A DNA stretch of 64,000 bases from assembly GCF_016714285.1 (NCBI RefSeq), contig NZ_JADJNN010000008.1:68669-132668 (forward strand), read 5' to 3'. Position 1 is the stretch's first letter. Each line of letters opens with the position of its first letter. The notes under the pieces are model-generated. The model had not been told where the DNA came from. It saw nothing but the letters and a program-made list of their open reading frames with translations, and searched no databases. The translations under genes and the position numbers were made by a program. This document shows, in pieces, positions 10,224 through 19,861 of the stretch. The stretch is from Nannocystis sp. (GTDB lineage: Bacteria > Myxococcota_A > Polyangia > Nannocystales > Nannocystaceae).

Positions 10224-11981
10224 TCAGAGCTTCGGGTCGAACTTCACCTTGGTGACGGTGAGGCCGATGTAGTCGAGGGTGCCGAAGTCCTTGAGGTTGC
10301 TGTCGCCCACGCAGACCTTCCAGGCGCCGGCCGGCGCCTCGCCGAGGAAGTCGTTGAAGTCGACGCCCGGGCCCTTGAGGTGGGTCGGGTTGTACTCGCA
10401 GAGCGAGTCGTCCTTGCACACGATCTTGTCCGCGGCGATGGTGGTGCCCATCTTCGACCCGTTGGTGACGCCGCCGTTCTTGAAGGTGACGGGGAAGTCC
10501 TTGCTGAGGTCGGAGCTGTCGTTGCAGCAGCCGGTGCCGTCGTCCGGGAGGGCGCTGTTGCCGGGGCGCTGGAGGACGGTGAGGACGGTGCCTGCGGGGC
10601 TCTGCAGCTTGATCGTGACGTCGCCGATCCACGGGTGGTCGAGCCCGACGGTGAGCTGGACGTTACCGACGAAGGCGAGGTCGACGTTCTCGGCGATGGC
10701 GATGTCGGTGCAGAGCATCGTGTCGAGGTTGCCGTTGTACTTGTCGTCGAGGAGGGCGAGGGCGAGGTCGGGGGCCTCGGCCAGCTCGTCCTCGCTGTTG
10801 CCCATGCACTTGTTCTTCTCGGCGGCGCCGACGACGATCTGGTCGCAGAGCGGCCCGAGGGCGTCGAGGATCGCGGTCTGGTCGCCGGCGGCGACGCCGG
10901 CGGTGCCCATCGCGGTGACCAGGTCGCCGACGAGGGCGCCGAAGTCGTCGATGGTGATCGTCGTCATGTCGGCGTCCATGAGCATCTCGTGCGAGCTGGT
11001 CATGTCGCGGCACTCGTTGCCGACGCCGACGCCCTCGTCGATGCCGGCGCCGGGGGAGTCGACCTCCTGGCCGTACTTGGTCGGGCCGTCGATGCCGCCG
11101 ACCTGGCGGGTGAGGCAGGTGTTGAGGCGGGCGAAGTCGCTGGCGGCGAAGAAGGTGTTGATCGCGTCGTTGACCGCGACCACGCCGACGAAGGAGTCCG
11201 TGAGGTCCGGGGTGCCGATCAGGCCCTTGATCGCGGGCTTGCGACCGACGCGCTGGTAGACGGTGGCGTCGCTGGTGAGGTCCTCGACGATGTCGCCCTT
11301 GAGGCTGCCGAGGGTGTCGAGGATCGCGGTCTTGTCGGCGTCCGTGAGCTCCGGGTGCATGCCCTGGTGGGCGTCGAGGGCGGTGACGAAGTCGGCCGCG
11401 AAGTCGTTGAAGTCCTGGTCGGAGATGCCGAGGCCGGCGTGGGCTTCGAGCATGCTCAGGCCGCCGTAGGTGACCCCGGGGCACTCGGCGACCTCACCGA
11501 GCTGGTCGGTGACGAGGCCGATCAGGGCCCCGCCGTCGACGTCGTTGTTGAGGAAGTAGCCGTTGATCTTGTCGTCGAGGAGGACGCCGCCGACGAAGGC
11601 GGTGACGAGGTCCTTGATGCCGCCGTCACCGGCACCGCCGAGGCGCGTGCACAGGTTGTCCTGGGTGCCGGTGGTGGTGTCGGTGGTGGTGTCGGTGGTC
11701 GGATCGCCGGAGGTGCTCGGGTCCGTCGACGGGCCGCTGGTGCTGTTGTCCGTGGTCGCCGTGTCCGTGGTCGGCGTGTCCGTGTCGGTCGTCGGCGGCG
11801 TCGTGTTGGTCGTGGTCGGGTTGCTGGGGTCGTCCGTCGTCGTGCCGGCCTCGGTCTCCGTGCCCTCCGTGGTGGTGAGGGAGGGGTTGGCCGGACAGGC
11901 CGACAGGACCGGCGCGAGGCCGGCGAACAGAAGGCCGAGGCCGAGCTTCGACGAAAGGGGGTTCAGAGTTTTCTTGTGCAT
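10224..11981 (-). CDS. lipoprotein with two truncated-hemoglobin-like (trHb/2-on-2 globin) domains and a C-terminal proprotein-convertase P-domain
   Basis: The lipobox is LAPVLSAC, followed by a Thr-rich linker. There are two repeats containing trHb-like motifs (...CPGVTYGGLSMLEAHAGLGISDQDFNDFAADFVTALDAH and its duplicate). The C-terminus LTVGLDHPWIGDVTIKLQSPAGTVLTVLQRPG is P-domain-like. Confidence 0.6.
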   Translation of the reverse strand: MHKKTLNPLSSKLGLGLLFAGLAPVLSACPANPSLTTTEGTETEAGTTTDDPSNPTTTNTTPPTTDTDTPTTDTATTDNSTSGPSTDPSTSGDPTTDTTTDTTTGTQDNLCTRLGGAGDGGIKDLVTAFVGGVLLDDKINGYFLNNDVDGGALIGLVTDQLGEVAECPGVTYGGLSMLEAHAGLGISDQDFNDFAADFVTALDAHQGMHPELTDADKTAILDTLGSLKGDIVEDLTSDATVYQRVGRKPAIKGLIGTPDLTDSFVGVVAVNDAINTFFAASDFARLNTCLTRQVGGIDGPTKYGQEVDSPGAGIDEGVGVGNECRDMTSSHEMLMDADMTTITIDDFGALVGDLVTAMGTAGVAAGDQTAILDALGPLCDQIVVGAAEKNKCMGNSEDELAEAPDLALALLDDKYNGNLDTMLCTDIAIAENVDLAFVGNVQLTVGLDHPWIGDVTIKLQSPAGTVLTVLQRPGNSALPDDGTGCCNDSSDLSKDFPVTFKNGGVTNGSKMGTTIAADKIVCKDDSLCEYNPTHLKGPGVDFNDFLGEAPAGAWKVCVGDSNLKDFGTLDYIGLTVTKVKFDPKL

Positions 11982-12147
11982 ACAGCCAAAATCCTTGCCA
12001 GGGGCGAAAGGCGGCGATGATACAGAGTCGCGCCTGCGAGCGCGAGGGGGCCGTCGACCCCAAAACGTGGGGGATGGCGCCGCGATCGATCACACGACTG
12101 GACCGGCGGCGCTGGGTTGCCGTTCGGCCCGTGCGGCCGCGCAGCGA

Positions 12148-13002
12148 TCACACGTGGCGGGCCGGCGCGGCGAACAGGTGCAGCATCGGCTCGACGAACA
12201 GGGGCGAGGGCAGCACGATGCTGGCCAGCGTCCACGCGTGGGCGGCGACCGCAGGCCAACGGGCGACGCGCAGCGGCAGCTCGAGCGCCAGCAGGGCGCC
12301 CTGGATCACGAAGTAGAGGCCCATCGAGGCGGCCATCGCGGGGCCGAGGGCGACGCCGATGAACCACGCGTGGATCGTCGCGCTGGCGAGGAAGCTGAGC
12401 AGGAGGCCGCGACCAGGGCGGCGGCGGCGGGCCCAGGGCAGGAAGAAGTGCTCGCGCAGCCAGCGGTTGACGACCAGGTTCCAGCGCTCGCCCCAGAACT
12501 CGCGCAGCGAGCTCGCGGCGATCGGGGTGCGCTGGATCGGCGGGCCGTGGGCGCCGAGCAGCGCCAGCACGCCGCGGAACAGGGCCTCGCCGGTCTCGCC
12601 GAGGGCGTACATCGCGAGCATGCCGCAGCCCCAGCGCAGCGGGCCGGGGTCGTGGAGCAGGGCGGTGCACAGGGCCAGGAGCCCGAGCGGGACCCACAGC
12701 GCGACGCGGAGGAAGGCGCCGAGATCGACGCGGGCGGGGCCCCACTGCAGGCGGCGGGTGTCGATCAGGGCGACGACGAAGACCATGCGCGCGAGCGGGG
12801 TCATCGGTCGGCGGGCGACGGCGAGGTCGTAGCTGCGGGCGACGCCCCAGAGGGCCAGCAAGGCGACCACGGCGCGCAGCAGCGGGTCGCCCGGGAGGAC
12901 CAGGCTCCACGGCAAGAGCAGGGCCGCGAGGCCGAGGCCGAGGCCGCGTCGCCACGGGGCACCAGCGGTGACGAGGGCGGCGAGCAGGAGGAGTGCGAGC
13001 AC
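12148..13002 (-). CDS. MBOAT-family (AlgI/DltB-like) membrane O-acyltransferase-like protein, short form
   Basis: Polytopic membrane protein carrying SLREFWGERWNLVVNRWLREHFFLP, which resembles the MBOAT His/Asn motif region. It lies 12 bp downstream of the M23 peptidase gene on the same strand. Confidence 0.5.
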   Translation of the reverse strand: MLALLLLAALVTAGAPWRRGLGLGLAALLLPWSLVLPGDPLLRAVVALLALWGVARSYDLAVARRPMTPLARMVFVVALIDTRRLQWGPARVDLGAFLRVALWVPLGLLALCTALLHDPGPLRWGCGMLAMYALGETGEALFRGVLALLGAHGPPIQRTPIAASSLREFWGERWNLVVNRWLREHFFLPWARRRRPGRGLLLSFLASATIHAWFIGVALGPAMAASMGLYFVIQGALLALELPLRVARWPAVAAHAWTLASIVLPSPLFVEPMLHLFAAPARHV

Positions 13003-13014
13003 GAGGCCGGGGCT

Positions 13015-14430
13015 CTAAGGGCAGTAGCGGGAGGACGGGTTGACGGAGTCGCAGGTGTTGAGGACCGCGTTCTTGCCCTTGGCCACGGAGGCGGTCTCGA
13101 TGTGGATGTGCGGGCCGGAGGAGCAGCCGGAGTTGCCGCTGTGGGCGATGAGCTGGCCCTGATCGAGGTGGGTGCCGTTGCCGACGCCGGGCGCGAGGTC
13201 GTTGATGTGGAGGTAGTAGATGAAAAGGTCGTTGGCGCCGTTGTCGGGGTCGCCGCAGTCGGCCTTGAGCTTCACGAAGTTGAAGGCGTTCCAGCAGGCC
13301 TGGGTGCAGCCGTTGTTGTAACAGTTGGGGAATCCCAGGGCGGAGCTGACGACGGTGCCGGCCATGCCGGCGTAGATCGGTGTGCCGACGGCGGTGCCGT
13401 AGTCGATGCCGTAGTGGCTGCCGCCGCCGCCGCAGGCGCTGTAATTTTGGGTGACGACGCCGGGCGGGGTGTCGAGGCAGCAGTCGCCGCCGTTCTGGAC
13501 CTGCTTGCACTCGTCGGCGACGCCGGGCGGGTTCTGCTGGCAGCCCTCGGCGCAGGTCTCGCTGCTCTCGGTGGCCTTGCCGACGCACTGGTAGAGGACG
13601 TTGGGGTCGCCGCCGGGGAGGCCGCCGCCGCAGTAGGGGCCGTCGCCCGAGGCGGCGCCCTGGCAGGGATCGCCCTCGGGGTTGCACGCGTCGGCGATGC
13701 CGGGGGGGTTGACCTTGCAGCCGCTCTTGCAGGTCTGCTTGTTGGCGGTGCCGCCGTTTTGACAGTTGTAGAGCGCGCCGGGATCGCCGCCCATCAGGGT
13801 GCCGCCACAGTACTTGCCGTTGCCGCTCTGGGCCGAGGCGCAGGGGTCCTGGGCGATCTGCTTGCAGGCGTTGTTCTCACAGCCGGCCGGGCAGGGGGTG
13901 GCGCTGACGGTGTTGCCGCCGATGCACTGGTAGACGCTGTTGTGATCGGCGAGGCCGCCGAGCGCGGCGCCGCAGTACTCGCCGTCGCCGGCGCCCATGC
14001 ACGGGTCGCCGGGCTGCCCGGTGTCGTTGGTGTCGTTGGTCGTGCCGTTGTCCGTGGCGGTGCCGGGCTGGGTCGGGTCGCCCGTGCTGTCCGGCGAGGT
14101 GGTGGGATCCTGGGTGGTCGCGTCGGGGCAGAGGGTGAGCTCGGCGCAGGGCGGGCTGGTGTTCGCGGTGTCGCCGGTGGTCGGCGGGCCGGTGGTGCTG
14201 CCGACGTCGCTGTCGCCGCTGCTGGCGGTCGCGCCGGAGCTGCCGGTGGATTGACTGGCCCCGGTGATCCCGGTCGGGTTGCTGGACGAGAAGCCGTTGT
14301 TGCCAGCGTCGCCGCAGGCGGCGAGCAGCAGCGTCAGGCCGAGGTGTCGGGTCCAGACCGAGGTGGTTGTCGAGGTCGGGGGCGGCGTGCGGGCTGGCCT
14401 GCGCGGCACGAGGGCGGTGAGGGCCGACAT
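13015..14430 (-). CDS. M23 (LytM-like) metallopeptidase lipoprotein with three Cys-rich repeat modules
   Basis: The lipobox is LLLAAC. There are three repeats of roughly 55 aa with six Cys each. The C-terminal M23 core has HYGIDYG...D and QGQLIAHSGNSGCSSGPHIHIE (HxxxD and HxH motifs). Confidence 0.75.
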   Translation of the reverse strand: MSALTALVPRRPARTPPPTSTTTSVWTRHLGLTLLLAACGDAGNNGFSSSNPTGITGASQSTGSSGATASSGDSDVGSTTGPPTTGDTANTSPPCAELTLCPDATTQDPTTSPDSTGDPTQPGTATDNGTTNDTNDTGQPGDPCMGAGDGEYCGAALGGLADHNSVYQCIGGNTVSATPCPAGCENNACKQIAQDPCASAQSGNGKYCGGTLMGGDPGALYNCQNGGTANKQTCKSGCKVNPPGIADACNPEGDPCQGAASGDGPYCGGGLPGGDPNVLYQCVGKATESSETCAEGCQQNPPGVADECKQVQNGGDCCLDTPPGVVTQNYSACGGGGSHYGIDYGTAVGTPIYAGMAGTVVSSALGFPNCYNNGCTQACWNAFNFVKLKADCGDPDNGANDLFIYYLHINDLAPGVGNGTHLDQGQLIAHSGNSGCSSGPHIHIETASVAKGKNAVLNTCDSVNPSSRYCP

Positions 14431-14526
14431 GCTCGCAGGCTAACGCGATCGCCGCGTCCCCGGCAATGTCACGGCCGGTCAAACGCGCCCGCCAGCGACA
14501 CGTGCAGGCCGGCGCACGGCTCGGGT

Positions 14527-15876
14527 ATGGTAGCGGGCATGCGATCCTTATCCTCGGTGCAGTGGGCGGCGGCGTGGCTGGCGGTGGCGACCGCCTGCGG
14601 GTCTGGCACGGACGACACGGAGGTGAGCTTCGGTCCCGGGGTCGGCACGATGGAGGGCACGACGCAGGCGGTGATGTCGACCTCGACGAGCCCGACGACG
14701 CCGACGACCACCGAGACGCCGACGGGGAGCAGCGACGCGAGCGCGACGGGCAGCAGCGGCGAGGTTGGCAGCACCACATCGGGGACGACGGCCGGCAGCA
14801 CGGGCGCGGTGGACAGCAGCACGACGGACATCACCGGCGACATGACGACGGGGGAGGTCTGCGAGGCGCCGGGGATCTTGCTGGTGTGCGACGACCAGGA
14901 CGACGACCCCTTCCACGCGCTCGGGCTCGGCTGCGAGGGGGCGCTGGAGAACACGATCCCGATCCAAAAGATGCAGTTCAAGTCGAACAAGTACGGGTTC
15001 AAGGTGGCCCGCGGCTTCGGTGAGGCGGAGGACCCGGACATGCCGGGAAAGCTGCTGTTTCGTCCGCAAGAGGGCGAGAAGTTCCTCGTGATCAGCACCG
15101 GGCGGATCGCCGACCTGCAGCCCGACGGGGTGCTGATCGAGACCAAGCCGCAGTTCGACAACGACAACAACTTCAACCCGGACGATCCGAACGCCTTGCC
15201 GGCGCCGATGAGCCCGGTGGTCGGCAGCAACTCGGGCAAGGGCGGCACGCCGTCCCAGGACTGCGACGGCGTCCACGACTGCTCGGACAGCATCGACCCC
15301 AACTGGAAGCTCGGCAACGAGGACCCCAACGACCTGCTGTGGGCCAGCCTCGAGGTGGCGGTGCCGGCGGGCACCCACGGCTTCGGCTTCGATGTGGCCT
15401 ACTTCTCGTCGGAGTACCCGGAGTTCGTCGGCGAGAAGTTCAACGACATGTTCATCGGCTGGGCGACCAGCGAGGTGTACACGGGGAACGTCACCTTCAT
15501 CAACAAGCAGCCGTTCACTGTGACGGCGCTGGCGCCCGAGATGGAGTCGGCGGGCTTCATCGGCGACGCGCCGGAGCTGGCGGGGACCGGCTTCGAGGGC
15601 CACGGCTCGACCGGCTGGGCGACGATCAACGCCCAGGCGAGCCCGGGCGAGACCCTGGTGTTCGCGTTCGCGATCATGGACATGGGCGACAGCAGCAAGG
15701 CGACGCTGGCGCTGCTCGACAACTGGCGCTGGAGCTGCGTCGGCTGCGTGCCGATGGAACAGGACCCCAGCTGCGGCAAGCCGCAGCACCCGAAGTGCTG
15801 CGGTCTGTGCGTCGAGAAGCCCGATGACCCGAAGTGCGGCACGATGGGCCACCCGCCGTGCTGCGAGGGTAAGTGA
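14527..15876 (+). CDS. Ser/Thr-rich lipoprotein with a Cys-rich C-terminus; function unknown
   Basis: The signal plus lipobox is WLAVATAC, followed by an S/T-rich linker, a globular region and the tail CGKPQHPKCCGLCVEKPDDPKCGTMGHPPCCEGK. Only the 3' part of the 1437-aa artefact ORF is real. ATGs at 14527 and 14539 are both possible. Confidence 0.6.
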   Translation: MVAGMRSLSSVQWAAAWLAVATACGSGTDDTEVSFGPGVGTMEGTTQAVMSTSTSPTTPTTTETPTGSSDASATGSSGEVGSTTSGTTAGSTGAVDSSTTDITGDMTTGEVCEAPGILLVCDDQDDDPFHALGLGCEGALENTIPIQKMQFKSNKYGFKVARGFGEAEDPDMPGKLLFRPQEGEKFLVISTGRIADLQPDGVLIETKPQFDNDNNFNPDDPNALPAPMSPVVGSNSGKGGTPSQDCDGVHDCSDSIDPNWKLGNEDPNDLLWASLEVAVPAGTHGFGFDVAYFSSEYPEFVGEKFNDMFIGWATSEVYTGNVTFINKQPFTVTALAPEMESAGFIGDAPELAGTGFEGHGSTGWATINAQASPGETLVFAFAIMDMGDSSKATLALLDNWRWSCVGCVPMEQDPSCGKPQHPKCCGLCVEKPDDPKCGTMGHPPCCEGK

Positions 15877-15981
15877 GGGCGCGAGCTCGTCCGCGGGCCT
15901 GAGGTCTCCCCCTCCGCGCAGACAGACCGCTAACGCCGCGGCGCGAGATGCGATACCGTCGCGCCAGGAGTGGTTTGGACT

Positions 15982-17418
15982 ATGCGCAAGATCGTGATCG
16001 CGAATGTCGCCCTTTCTGTGGTCCTCGGTGGTGCGGTCGGCTGTTCGTCGGCGGACGTCGGCCTCACCGAGACCGTCACCATCACGGCCTCCGGGGACAC
16101 CGGCCAGCAGGGCACCACCAGCGGTGACCCGGGGACCGGCGCCGCGGCGACGACGGACGGCCCGACGACCGCGCCGCCGACCACGAGCGCGTCCGGGACC
16201 GGCGAGACCACAGACATCCTCACGGGGGGGATCAGCGCGACCGACAGCGCGACCGACACCGCGACCACGACCATGAATGACCCGAATCAGACGAGCACGG
16301 GCGGGGAGACCAGCGGCACCACGGGGGTGGAGGCCGCCGATGGCGACGGCGACAAGATCCCGGACGACCAGGACAACTGCGTCGAGGTCGCGAACGAGGA
16401 TCAGCTGGACACTGACGGCGACGGTGTCGGCGACGCCTGCGACGACGACGACGACGACGACACGATCCCCGACCCGGACGACAACTGCCCGCTGGTGCCG
16501 AACGACAAGCAAGAGGACCTCGACAAGGACAAAATCGGCGACTTCTGCGACGACGACAAGGACGGGGACGGGATCCTCAACGGCGTCGACAACTGCCCGA
16601 TCACCCCCAACGCCGACCAGAAGGACCTCGACAAGGATCTCATCGGCGATGTCTGCGACGACGACAAGGACGGCGACGCCATCCCCAACGACGCCGACGT
16701 GTTCCCCGACGACGGCGGTCAGCCTGGCATCGTCATCCCCAAGAAGATCTACGCCCACTCGTCGAGCGCGCTGTCGACGGTCGACGTGGTCGACTACAGC
16801 GTGGTCGCCATCGGGCCGTTCCAGTGGCCGCTCGGCAACGACTCGATGACCGACATCGCGATCGACCGCTACGGCGTGCTGTACGGGGTCAGCTTCGGCC
16901 GCGCGTACGTGTGCAACCCGACCACCGCCAAGTGCTTCGACCTCGGCACGCTCAACAACAGCTACAACGGCCTGACCTGGATCCCGGCGGGGATCATCGA
17001 TCCCGACAACGACTCGCTGATCGGCATCGGCAACGACGGCAGCTGGAACCACCTGACCTTCGTGAACAAGGTCGTGACGGCCAAGAAGCTCGGCAGCTAC
17101 GGGCCGGGCTACACCTCGGCGGGCGACGCCTTCTCGATCGAGAACGTCGGCACCTACGCGGCGGTCAACAAGAACGGCGCCGCGGGCACGGTGATCGTGA
17201 CGGTCGACGCGCTGACCGGGAAGGCGACGAACGAGCTGGCGGTCACCCAGGGCTTCTTCGGAATCTACGGGCTCGCCGGCTGGGAGGGGCTGATCCTCGC
17301 GTTCGACTCGTCGGGCACGGTGATCAAGATCGATCCGATGACGAAGGTGGTCACCAACCTCGGCAAGAAGGCCCAGAGCTGGTGGGGCGCCGGGGTCGGC
17401 ACGATCCTGCCGCAGTAA
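15982..17418 (+). CDS. lipoprotein with thrombospondin type-3 (Ca-binding) repeats
   Basis: The lipobox is GGAVGCSS. There are five or more DxDxDGxxDxxDNC TSP3 repeats ([26 protein letters not shown]...) and a C-terminal beta-rich domain. Confidence 0.65.
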   Translation: MRKIVIANVALSVVLGGAVGCSSADVGLTETVTITASGDTGQQGTTSGDPGTGAAATTDGPTTAPPTTSASGTGETTDILTGGISATDSATDTATTTMNDPNQTSTGGETSGTTGVEAADGDGDKIPDDQDNCVEVANEDQLDTDGDGVGDACDDDDDDDTIPDPDDNCPLVPNDKQEDLDKDKIGDFCDDDKDGDGILNGVDNCPITPNADQKDLDKDLIGDVCDDDKDGDAIPNDADVFPDDGGQPGIVIPKKIYAHSSSALSTVDVVDYSVVAIGPFQWPLGNDSMTDIAIDRYGVLYGVSFGRAYVCNPTTAKCFDLGTLNNSYNGLTWIPAGIIDPDNDSLIGIGNDGSWNHLTFVNKVVTAKKLGSYGPGYTSAGDAFSIENVGTYAAVNKNGAAGTVIVTVDALTGKATNELAVTQGFFGIYGLAGWEGLILAFDSSGTVIKIDPMTKVVTNLGKKAQSWWGAGVGTILPQ

Positions 17419-17429
17419 TCGCGGGCGGC

Positions 17430-17688
17430 TCAGCTGGCGCTGCGGCGACGCAGCGCCAGGCGGCGTGGCGAGCGCCAGGCCGCCGAGCACGGCGACGGCC
17501 AATGCCCAGCCGCCGCCGAGCTGATCGCCGCGGCAGCCGCAGGCGTGGTACTCGGGCGGCATCGTCTCGGTGCCGGTGCTGGCGTCGGTGGCGGCGCCGG
17601 TGCTTGCGTCGGTCGTGGGCGGGCCAGCGTCGGCACGCGCGAGCGCTGGGAGCAGACAGAGCGCGGCGAACAGCAGGCGGGTGAGCAT
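17430..17688 (-). CDS. small secreted MYXO-CTERM-only protein (signal peptide + ST-rich + ACGC + hydrophobic helix); needs a 1-bp frame correction near 17470-17480 to reach an RRRSAS-stop tail
   Basis: Frame A reads MLTRLLFAALCLLPALARA...YHACGCRGDQLGGGWALAVAVLGGLALATP. Frame B (+1) reads ...RLALRRRSAS* and stops at 17430. Deleting one C in ccgcc yields a canonical MYXO-CTERM tail. Confidence 0.3.
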
Positions 17689-17789
17689 CGCGCGAGGATA
17701 CGAGGGCGTACCGGGGGGTGTCCACGTGGTAGCCGGCTGGCCCAGGCTCGCGCGCTCTACATCCTCGCGTGGTTCGCGGGCGGCTCGGG

Positions 17790-18608
17790 CTAGCCGGCGG
17801 CGGTGGGCGGTGGTGCTGGTGGTTGGCCGGGGATCTTGCTCAGGCGCGGTGAGCCGGCGGGGATCTCGGGTGCGTCGACGAGGTGCTCGAGGATCTCGCG
17901 GATGCCCTCGTCGCTGCAGGCGCCGGTCTGCCAGGTGAACTGGCGAACCACCGACCAGCCGGGGAGGAAGGCCCAGTGGAGGTCGTCCTGCTCGCTCCAG
18001 TAGGCGCCGGCGAGGCCGGGGATCGGCACGGAGCGGAAGTTTGGGTCGCTGGCGAGCCGGCGGGTGAAGAGGTCGTGCGCCTCGGCGGCCTCACGCGCGT
18101 CGGCGCCGCGGACGAGCGAGAGGCGAAACCAGGTCGGGGGGGCGCCCGAGGCCTCGGCGTCGGGCAGGAAGTAGTAGCCGCAGGTCGCGTGGAACGACTC
18201 GCCGAGGTAGAGCTTGAGGCCGCAGGCCCGCTTCACGACCTCGACGTCGAGGCCGAGCTGGCGCGTGCAACACTCGGGCTCGGACAGCTCCGGCGCGAAC
18301 AGGCGACAGTTGCCGTTGCTCTCGTCGGGCCGACCGGTGTTGGGGGTCGGGGGTTCTTTGGGCGGGTTCGGCACGCCGTTCTCGGCGACGTAATAGTCAG
18401 CAGTGTCGGCGACGATGCGCTTGTCGTTGGGGTTCGGCGGGGCGTCGTCGCGACGTGACTCCGGGGCGGGCTCGCTGGCCTGCGGACAGGCGGCGAGGCC
18501 CCCCACAAGGCCAGCCAGGAGGCCAATTCGGAGGCTGTCTGGGAGGCCAATGCGGAGGCTGTCTGGGAGGCCAATTCGGAGGCCACGAGCGAGGGTCCGG
18601 CGAGGCAT
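17790..18608 (-). CDS. lipoprotein, unknown function, with an N-terminal 8-aa tandem repeat (GLPDSLRI)
   Basis: The lipobox is LVGGLAAC. The body has a CxxC/CC-containing region. A 24-bp tandem repeat lies in the signal-peptide region. It is the last gene of a minus-strand run (speE, paralog B, paralog A, lipoprotein). Confidence 0.5.
   Translation of the reverse strand: MPRRTLARGLRIGLPDSLRIGLPDSLRIGLLAGLVGGLAACPQASEPAPESRRDDAPPNPNDKRIVADTADYYVAENGVPNPPKEPPTPNTGRPDESNGNCRLFAPELSEPECCTRQLGLDVEVVKRACGLKLYLGESFHATCGYYFLPDAEASGAPPTWFRLSLVRGADAREAAEAHDLFTRRLASDPNFRSVPIPGLAGAYWSEQDDLHWAFLPGWSVVRQFTWQTGACSDEGIREILEHLVDAPEIPAGSPRLSKIPGQPPAPPPTAAG
18511..18590. repeat. 24-bp tandem repeat x2.7 (aggccaat[tg]cggaggctgtctggg)
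   Basis: Read directly from the sequence. It is in frame and encodes GLRIGLPDSLRIGLPDSLRIGL. Confidence 0.75.
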
Positions 18609-18620
18609 GACGGGCCACTC

Positions 18621-19850
18621 TTAGCGCGGTCGGCGACGCCGCGCCAGCCAGGCGAGGGGCAACAGGACGGCCAGGCCGCGCCCGCGGGACGGGAGGTCCG
18701 ACGGCGTTCTGGCGACCCGGCAGCCGCCCGCGTTGGTGTCGTCGGCGGCGGTGTCGGTCTCGGAGTCGCCGGCGCCGCTGTCCGTGTCGGGATCTTCGCT
18801 GCCCTCGGGGAGGATCGTGAAGTGCACGGCGGCCTGACCGGCGTTGCCTCCGTCGTCGACGACGCGGACCTTGAGCTCGTACTCACCGGCGGGCGGGTTC
18901 TGCAGCGCGAGCGCCAGCTTGTAGCCCTCACCCTCGTAGAGGGTCTTGCCGGCGCTGGTGATGGTGATGTCGTAGTACTGCGGCGCGAGGTCGTCGCTCA
19001 TCTCGCCGAGCAGCGGGATCGTGACCGGCAGGACGTGGGTCGAGTGGTCGGGTGGGCTCGTGATCGTGAGCGTCGGGGGCGAGGTGTCGGGCACCGCGGG
19101 GCCAAACAGGTAGAGCAGCTCGCGGTAGCTGTTCTGGTAGCCGGCCTCGCAGAATTTCTCGTGCACGAGGTTGCACTGGCCGCCGACCTCGACGAGGTCG
19201 GTGTTGGCGACGATCTTGTTGCACTGGTCCTGGAACGACGGGGTGGCCTGGGCGACGAAGGGGTGGAGGTTGTCGAAGGGGGCGTTGACGTGCTCGAGGC
19301 CCCAGGTGTGTGCGGCCTCCTGCAGGATGATCGTCGAGCCGATGTTCGAGCCCTGGAAGGCGCCCGCGAAGCAGGTGTCGTTGTCCCACAGGTTGCCGCA
19401 GTCGATGTAGGGGGCGACGCCGGCGAAGGTCTGGGTGCCGAGGTCGCCGTAGAGGACCATCGTGTAGCCCTGCTCGGCGGGCGGGCGGGTGATGACGGTG
19501 CGGACGCCGAAGTCGGCGAGGTCCTTGCGCACGGCCTGGACGATCGAGACGCGGCGGTGCTCGGTGCCGACGAAGGGACCGACGTAGCCGTGGAAGAGGT
19601 CGGCGAGGCTGCTGCAGTCGTGGCGCGAGTCGTTGCCGCAGCCGCGACGCAGGACGGCGCCGTCGAAGTTGACGTAGAGGAGGTGCGGGCGGCCTGCGGA
19701 CTGCGGGAGCTGGTCGGGGCCAGCCAGCGGCAGCGGTGCGGTGGCGAGGTGGCGGCCCGGGACCTCGGCGAGCTCGGCCGGGACGCGAACGCCGGCGCGG
19801 GCGGTCGCGGGGACGGTGAGCGCGAGGAGGGCGAGCAGCGCAGGGCGCAT
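18621..19850 (-). CDS. secreted metzincin-like protein with the variant motif QEAAHTWGLEH (QExxHxxGxxH) and a MYXO-CTERM tail; paralog A
   Basis: The signal peptide is MRPALLALLALTVPATARA. The C-terminus is GGCRVARTPSDLPSRGRGLAVLLPLAWLARRRRPR. The ATG at 19850 is 11 bp from the upstream paralog stop. Confidence 0.65.
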   Translation of the reverse strand: MRPALLALLALTVPATARAGVRVPAELAEVPGRHLATAPLPLAGPDQLPQSAGRPHLLYVNFDGAVLRRGCGNDSRHDCSSLADLFHGYVGPFVGTEHRRVSIVQAVRKDLADFGVRTVITRPPAEQGYTMVLYGDLGTQTFAGVAPYIDCGNLWDNDTCFAGAFQGSNIGSTIILQEAAHTWGLEHVNAPFDNLHPFVAQATPSFQDQCNKIVANTDLVEVGGQCNLVHEKFCEAGYQNSYRELLYLFGPAVPDTSPPTLTITSPPDHSTHVLPVTIPLLGEMSDDLAPQYYDITITSAGKTLYEGEGYKLALALQNPPAGEYELKVRVVDDGGNAGQAAVHFTILPEGSEDPDTDSGAGDSETDTAADDTNAGGCRVARTPSDLPSRGRGLAVLLPLAWLARRRRPR

Positions 19851-19861
19851 GGCAGGCCAGG

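Noticed and set aside
11563-15876. 1437-aa plus-strand ORF
   Set aside because: Only the last ~450 aa (from 14527) form a credible lipoprotein. The remainder is antisense to the trHb lipoprotein, MBOAT and M23 genes and is low-complexity.
14548-17688. 1046-aa minus-strand ORF
   Set aside because: It is antisense to the Cys-rich lipoprotein and TSP3-lipoprotein genes. Only its first ~85 codons (the small MYXO-CTERM candidate) look genuine.
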